From an uncultured Deferribacteraceae bacterium (GTDB taxonomy: Bacteria > Chrysiogenota > Deferribacteres > CAMZNJ01): a DNA stretch of 64,000 nt. A program made the translations under genes and the position numbers. The stretch spans positions 1,306 through 65,305 of the forward strand of contig CAMZNS010000032.1 in the NCBI GenBank assembly GCA_947313855.1. Reading direction: 5' to 3'. The notes under the pieces were generated by a model. The model saw only the letters and a list, made by a program, of their open reading frames with translations. It searched no databases and was not told the origin of the DNA. Every line of letters begins with the position of its first letter. Positions within the stretch are counted from its first letter, which is position 1. This document shows, piece after piece, positions 59,032 through 64,000 of the stretch.

Positions 59032-60015
59032 CTACTTCTCATGCAGGAAACAAGCAACCTTATGACCCGCTTCCATTTCGATAAGCTTAGGTTTGTTGTC
59101 CAAACACTTGTCCATCTTCCTAGGACAACGTGAGTAGAACGGACACCCGAATATTTTCACCGTTGGAGATGGCAGATCCCCCTCCAAGATAATCCTACTA
59201 CGGGAACGCTCAATCTCAGGATCAGGAACCGGAACAGCTGACAACAACGACTCAGTATACGGATGCAAAGGGTTCTCATAAAGACGAGAAGCCTCACACA
59301 TCTCCATAATCTGACCGAGATACATCACAGCAACACGATGACAAGTGTATCGAACAACAGCCAGATCGTGGGCAACAAAAAGGTAACTCAACCCACGCTC
59401 CTCCTGAAGATCGGAAAGAAGATTCAACACCTGTGCCTGAATAGAAACATCCAAGGCACTAACAGGCTCATCCAAAAGGATAAGCTTCGGATCCATAGCC
59501 AAGGCACGAGCGATACCGATACGCTGACGCTGACCACCAGAAAACTCGTGGGGGTAACGCTTACGCAAGCTGTAACGCAAACCAACACGCTCCATAACCT
59601 CAGCAACCTTACGATCGATACCTGCTTTATCTATGTCGATGAGCTTCCTGTTGCGAAAAATTGTCAACGGCTCCGCAATAATATTACCAACAGTAATACG
59701 AGGACTTAGGGATTCATAAGGATCCTGAAAAACAATCTGCATCTCACGACGAGAAGCGATAAGCTCTCTCTTGTTCAGATTTGCAAGATCCTTGCCCTCG
59801 AAAATAACAGACCCCGAAGTGGGCTTGTACAAACGTGCAATGGTACGAATTGTTGTGGACTTACCGCAACCAGACTCACCAACAAGACCCAATGTTTCAC
59901 CGGGATAGATATCGAAACTCACACCATCAACGGCACGAAGTGTTCGCTTACCACTTATATCAAAGTGCTGTTTTAATTTGCGAACCTGCAATAAAGGTTT
60001 CTTTTTGTTACTCAT
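59032..60015 (-). CDS. oppF: Oligopeptide ABC ATPase
   Basis: GLVGESGCGKST, YPHEFSGGQRQRIGIARAL, DEPVSALDVSIQAQV, HPYT, C-terminal Cys cluster. Confidence 0.95.
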   Translation of the reverse strand: MSNKKKPLLQVRKLKQHFDISGKRTLRAVDGVSFDIYPGETLGLVGESGCGKSTTIRTIARLYKPTSGSVIFEGKDLANLNKRELIASRREMQIVFQDPYESLSPRITVGNIIAEPLTIFRNRKLIDIDKAGIDRKVAEVMERVGLRYSLRKRYPHEFSGGQRQRIGIARALAMDPKLILLDEPVSALDVSIQAQVLNLLSDLQEERGLSYLFVAHDLAVVRYTCHRVAVMYLGQIMEMCEASRLYENPLHPYTESLLSAVPVPDPEIERSRSRIILEGDLPSPTVKIFGCPFYSRCPRKMDKCLDNKPKLIEMEAGHKVACFLHEK

Positions 60016-61021
60016 GACTCCCCCCCTCCTCGTCGTACAACCAGCATGCTACCCTGTGGACGTCACCACCTTCGGAAACCTTTAGCACCTTGGACTCAGG
60101 AAGCTTATCCTGACAAATATCCATACGCTTGGAGCACCTATCGTAAAAGGCACAACCCTTAGGCAAGTGTAGTAGGTTTGGCGGCTGACCTTCGATGGAT
60201 ATGAGTCGCTCTGTTACATCCATGTCAACGCGGGGCACAGAGGCGATAAGACCCTGTGTGTAGGGGTGATGGGGGCTCTTGAACAGGTCAACAGCACAGC
60301 TCTCCTCAACAATTTTACCAGCATACATAACGCAGATGCGATCGCACAGACCAGCGATAACACCGAGGTCGTGGGATATCATAATAATCGATGTACCAAG
60401 ATCGGCGGCAAGAGCTTTAAGGAGATCGATAATTTGTGCCTGAATGGTTACATCCAACGCCGTGGTGGGTTCATCGGCAATAAGTATCTTAGGGTTGCAA
60501 CTCAATGCCATGGCTATCATAACACGCTGACGCATACCACCGGAAAACTGGTGCGGATACGAATCAACAACCTTGACAGGATCAGGGATACCAACCATCT
60601 CCAAGCTTTTTATCGCTATCGCTTTCGCCTCTTTTCGCCTCACGTTCTGATGCAAAACAATGGTTTCAATCATCTGAGTGGATATGCGAAGGAACGGGTT
60701 CAGGGAGGTCATCGGATCCTGAAATATCATGGCGATGTCACCACCACGAACCTTCTGCATCTCCTTTTCAGTTGCCTTCAACAGATCCTTGCCATCAAAA
60801 AGCACCTCACCACTTTCAATGCGTGCTGTGCCCCCTGGCAAGAGACCCATTATGGTCATGGCTGTAATAGACTTACCCGACCCAGACTCCCCAACAATAC
60901 CGATAAGCTCACCCGGTTTCAGGGTGATACTCACGCCGTCGACAGCCTTTACAACGCCGTCGTCGGTGTTGAAGTATGTTCTCAAGTTGTTAACTTCTAG
61001 GATATTCCCGTTGCTACTCAT
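60008..61021 (-). CDS. oppD: Oligopeptide ABC ATPase
   Basis: GIVGESGSGKS, FQDPMTSLNP, YPHQFSGGMRQR, ADEPTTALDVTIQAQI. Confidence 0.95.
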   Translation of the reverse strand: MSSNGNILEVNNLRTYFNTDDGVVKAVDGVSITLKPGELIGIVGESGSGKSITAMTIMGLLPGGTARIESGEVLFDGKDLLKATEKEMQKVRGGDIAMIFQDPMTSLNPFLRISTQMIETIVLHQNVRRKEAKAIAIKSLEMVGIPDPVKVVDSYPHQFSGGMRQRVMIAMALSCNPKILIADEPTTALDVTIQAQIIDLLKALAADLGTSIIMISHDLGVIAGLCDRICVMYAGKIVEESCAVDLFKSPHHPYTQGLIASVPRVDMDVTERLISIEGQPPNLLHLPKGCAFYDRCSKRMDICQDKLPESKVLKVSEGGDVHRVACWLYDEEGGSHE

Positions 61022-61117
61022 AATAAGTAAACTCCTCTAACGCCACTCTTCTTCGTAATAGTGTCTAGTGTGCCCCAAGCAGTGCGAGACAACAAACATA
61101 ACGCCACCTAACCAGCA

Positions 61118-62233
61118 TTACAGATTCTTTTTGTCATGGGGATCGAAGGCGTCCCGAAGTCCATCACCGATGAAGTTCATGGAGAACAGGAACACAACCA
61201 TGGCAACAGATGGCACAATCAAACGCCAAGGGTAAACGCTCATGCTAGGAACGCCATCGCGAACCAGAACGCCCCAAGAGGTGTACGGTGCCGAAATACC
61301 AAGACCCAAGAACGACAAGAACGACTCGGTCAAAATAAATGCAGGAACACCAAGGGTTACAAATATAATAATCACGGTGAGGGTGTTTGGAATAAGGTGT
61401 ATAAACACTATGCGAAGATTAGATGCACCCATGGAGCGTGCCGACTCGATGAACAGTGAGTTCTTAAGGGACATAATCTGACCCCGGACGACTCGAGCCG
61501 TCGTCAGCCAACTAACCAAGGCTAATGCCAAAAATAGATTGAAAATATTACGACCAAAAATGGACATCAGAAGAATAACTAGGAGCATGTAGGGCAAACC
61601 GTACATGACGTCAACAACACGCATGATTATGTAATCCGTACGACCCCCAACATAACCCGAAATAGCACCGATAATCGTACCGATGAGCACGGACGTAACA
61701 GCACCAAAAATACCAACAGCAATGGATATTTGACTACCGTAAATTACGCGGGCAAGAACATCGCGACCAAGATCGTCCACACCAAGAATATATCGACGAT
61801 CGTTGACCATGACAAGCTTACCGCTAAGAGTACGCTCCTCAAGGGCAAGCATTTCGGTGTACTCTGTGTAGTTGGAAACAGCACTGCGGGACAGCATGGA
61901 TACGTCCGAAACCTGCTCCTGCTGCATCAAGGACTTAATACGCAACTCAACAAGGAGCTCCCCAGCAGTTTTGGTCAGGGATGGACGAAGATTTTGGTGA
62001 GACAAAACCTGATCCGAAAAGGAGTGTATGGGGAGTATGGGTGCGGTGACGGCAAGGATAATGTAAACCCCCACAATCCATAAACCTATTATCGCTAGCT
62101 TATTCTTACGCAGACGCCTGATGGCATCTTTAGTCAAAGAGCCACCCTTGACTGCCTCGTCATCTAGAATATTATTCGAGTTATCTGAGCCAACAGACGC
62201 AATGGCCGACTCTTTTATTTCAGTGCTTTTCAT
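61118..62233 (-). CDS. oppC: Oligopeptide ABC permease
   Basis: RLRKNKLA, LGVDDLGRD, FIESARSMGAS, ESFLSFLGLG, GDGLRDAFDP. Confidence 0.95.
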   Translation of the reverse strand: MKSTEIKESAIASVGSDNSNNILDDEAVKGGSLTKDAIRRLRKNKLAIIGLWIVGVYIILAVTAPILPIHSFSDQVLSHQNLRPSLTKTAGELLVELRIKSLMQQEQVSDVSMLSRSAVSNYTEYTEMLALEERTLSGKLVMVNDRRYILGVDDLGRDVLARVIYGSQISIAVGIFGAVTSVLIGTIIGAISGYVGGRTDYIIMRVVDVMYGLPYMLLVILLMSIFGRNIFNLFLALALVSWLTTARVVRGQIMSLKNSLFIESARSMGASNLRIVFIHLIPNTLTVIIIFVTLGVPAFILTESFLSFLGLGISAPYTSWGVLVRDGVPSMSVYPWRLIVPSVAMVVFLFSMNFIGDGLRDAFDPHDKKNL

Positions 62234-62369
62234 AACTACACTCTCCTAAATCGTACTTCTGGAGGCTTACAGCAAGCCCAACCAACTTCAGGAGCCTGCC
62301 ACAGGACAACTAACTAGCAAAACGATATGTTGATCGTTGCCCTTAATCTATCTCGTTTCTGCTCCGTTC

Positions 62370-63299
62370 TTATTTATAATCTATGCGTGGATCGAGGAAT
62401 ACGTACAGGAGATCCACAATGAGGTTGAAAACCACTAGCAATGATGCGTAAACCACTACGATACCCAATAGCAAGAAGTAGTCACGGTGCAACGCCGACT
62501 CAACAAAGTAGCGACCGATACCGGGCACACGGAATATCTGTTCGATAACAATGGAGCCCGTCAGGATGGACGCCATGGTTGGCCCTAGAAAGCTGACAAT
62601 GGGCAGCAAACCCCCTTTGAGGGTGTGGCGAACAACAACAGCGCGCGTGGACAACCCTTTCGCCCTAGCCGTGCGGATGTAGTCGCTCTTCAGAACCTCG
62701 AGCATACTACCACGCGTAATACGGGCAATCTCAGCAAAGTAGATGAACGCGAGGGTAACCACAGGCAGGATGACGGCAGACCAACCGTTGATGCTAGACA
62801 GCCATCCCGACGTGGGGAGGAGCCCCAGCTTGAGGGCGAACACGTACTGCAGTAAGGGTCCTATCACAAAGAGGGGGATGGAGATACCGATGATTGCGAT
62901 ACCCATCAAGGTGTAATCTATGTAGGTATTCTTAAACAGGGCGGCGAGAACCCCCACCGTTATCCCCAAGGAGAGTGCCAAAATCATGGCGAGACCTCCG
63001 AGGGTGATGGATATGGGAAGCGACTTGAATATGTATTCTGTTACGGTGTAGTCCTTGTAAAATATGGACAAACCCAGGTCGCCATGGAGCAACCTGCCGA
63101 CGTAGTTGAAATACTGAATCACAGGGGCTTTGTCTAACCCATACTTCGCCTCAAGATTGGCACGAACCTCAGGTGGTATGGGGCGTTCGGAGCTGAATGG
63201 ATCCCCCGGTGCCAAGTGAAGCATTGCAAAACTGATGCTTATAATTACAAATATTGTGGGTATGATACCCAGCACCCTTTTAATGGCGTAGACTCTCAT
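62370..63299 (-). CDS. oppB: Oligopeptide ABC permease
   Basis: APGDPF, YGLDK, GDLGLS, DYIRTARAKGL, IEQIF.VPGIGR, DLLY..LDPRI. Confidence 0.95.
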   Translation of the reverse strand: MRVYAIKRVLGIIPTIFVIISISFAMLHLAPGDPFSSERPIPPEVRANLEAKYGLDKAPVIQYFNYVGRLLHGDLGLSIFYKDYTVTEYIFKSLPISITLGGLAMILALSLGITVGVLAALFKNTYIDYTLMGIAIIGISIPLFVIGPLLQYVFALKLGLLPTSGWLSSINGWSAVILPVVTLAFIYFAEIARITRGSMLEVLKSDYIRTARAKGLSTRAVVVRHTLKGGLLPIVSFLGPTMASILTGSIVIEQIFRVPGIGRYFVESALHRDYFLLLGIVVVYASLLVVFNLIVDLLYVFLDPRIDYK

Positions 63300-63754
63300 T
63301 TAAAATCCCCCTGCTTGATCGAAACAGTGTAAGCAACCGGCACGGTACGTTATTGTTATCACTAACACTAGTGATAATACCGTAATAAGTTAATTATTGT
63401 TGCAAATGCCTTATTAGCTGTGATAAAGTAGCCCCGTTCAGCCGTAAAACTTAACCATGCAACTAACTGATACGACTACTTTTTAACTACTTAACGGGCA
63501 GCTTAACCACTTTGCATTCGCAATAATTTAGTTATCTGATTATTATAACAGATGCCTTTTCCGGATGTCAACATTTAAATTAACTCCGCGACACATCCAC
63601 GCGGAACCCCTAACCATGCACCACACAAAGGCTTCACGAACCGAAACACACGAACCGAAACACACGAACACACTGCAAGTGTGCACCAACACCAACAACA
63701 ACACTCCCGTGGCACACTGCAACACTCAAACAACCATCCTACGAGGTGCTTACC

Positions 63755-64000
63755 ATGCGTATACTTGATATTGTTGACTCACAGGCGGGCTTCATGGCTC
63801 CATGGGGGAACCTCTATGTTGAAGGTGCCGACCAAATAATCGAACCCATAAACAACTTTTTCCGAAAAGTACCCCCAAACGCCTACAAACTTGCCCTCGC
63901 AAAATACGACACGCACCTAAAAGAAACTTACCACCTGTCACCCGAAAGCAAACTCTTCCCACTGCACTGCGAATACCAATCCCAAGACTGGCAACTCGCC
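63755..64000 (+). CDS. pncA: Nicotinamidase / isochorismatase-family cysteine hydrolase (3' partial, absent from the ORF track)
   Basis: Hand translation MRILDIVDSQAGFMAPWGNLYVEGADQIIEPIN...YDTH...FPLHC; GAGGTG RBS; frame open to the window end; pncB lies nearby. Confidence 0.78.
   Translation, partial: MRILDIVDSQAGFMAPWGNLYVEGADQIIEPINNFFRKVPPNAYKLALAKYDTHLKETYHLSPESKLFPLHCEYQSQDWQLA

Overview
Chromosomal housekeeping/motility region of a diderm, flagellated, probably anaerobic or microaerophilic bacterium. It carries LPS heptosyltransferases, lptCAB, FlgH/FlgI, FliW-CsrA, RpoN, superoxide reductase and a Na+-pumping acyl-CoA decarboxylase. The gene mix and the very long FlgL are Deferribacterota-like, possibly a host-associated lineage (inference only). 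About 50 CDS and one tRNA-Pro(GGG) are recognisable: xerC-ispG-aroE-fapA-lon-flhG-cheW; a Gld-type ABC exporter; a sugar ABC module; mmdADCB; two GT9; lacAB; a flagellar cluster flgI-J-M-N-K-L-fliW-csrA-flgH; fabI, radA, ycdX, ruvB, sor, hemW; pyrG-lptCAB-rpoN-hpf-rapZ; pncB, oppBCDF and a partial pncA. No integrase-bearing mobile element, cas gene or true CRISPR array is visible. The unusual signal is architectural. (1) More than 30 unrelated short tandem repeats occur, almost always triplet-sized inside genes and of any size between genes. (2) The last 10-55 nt of genes, often with the stop codon, are repeatedly reiterated just downstream. (3) There are three repeat-spacer-repeat duplications of 29-40 bp. 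(4) Several genes are fused, some with microsatellite linkers (LacA-LacB, CheW-RecO-like). (5) RuvB has 11 GSGYDA[G/D] heptads at its N-terminus. (6) A+C versus G+T strand asymmetry flips on a kilobase scale, independent of gene orientation. All calls are by eye from motifs; no database search was run.
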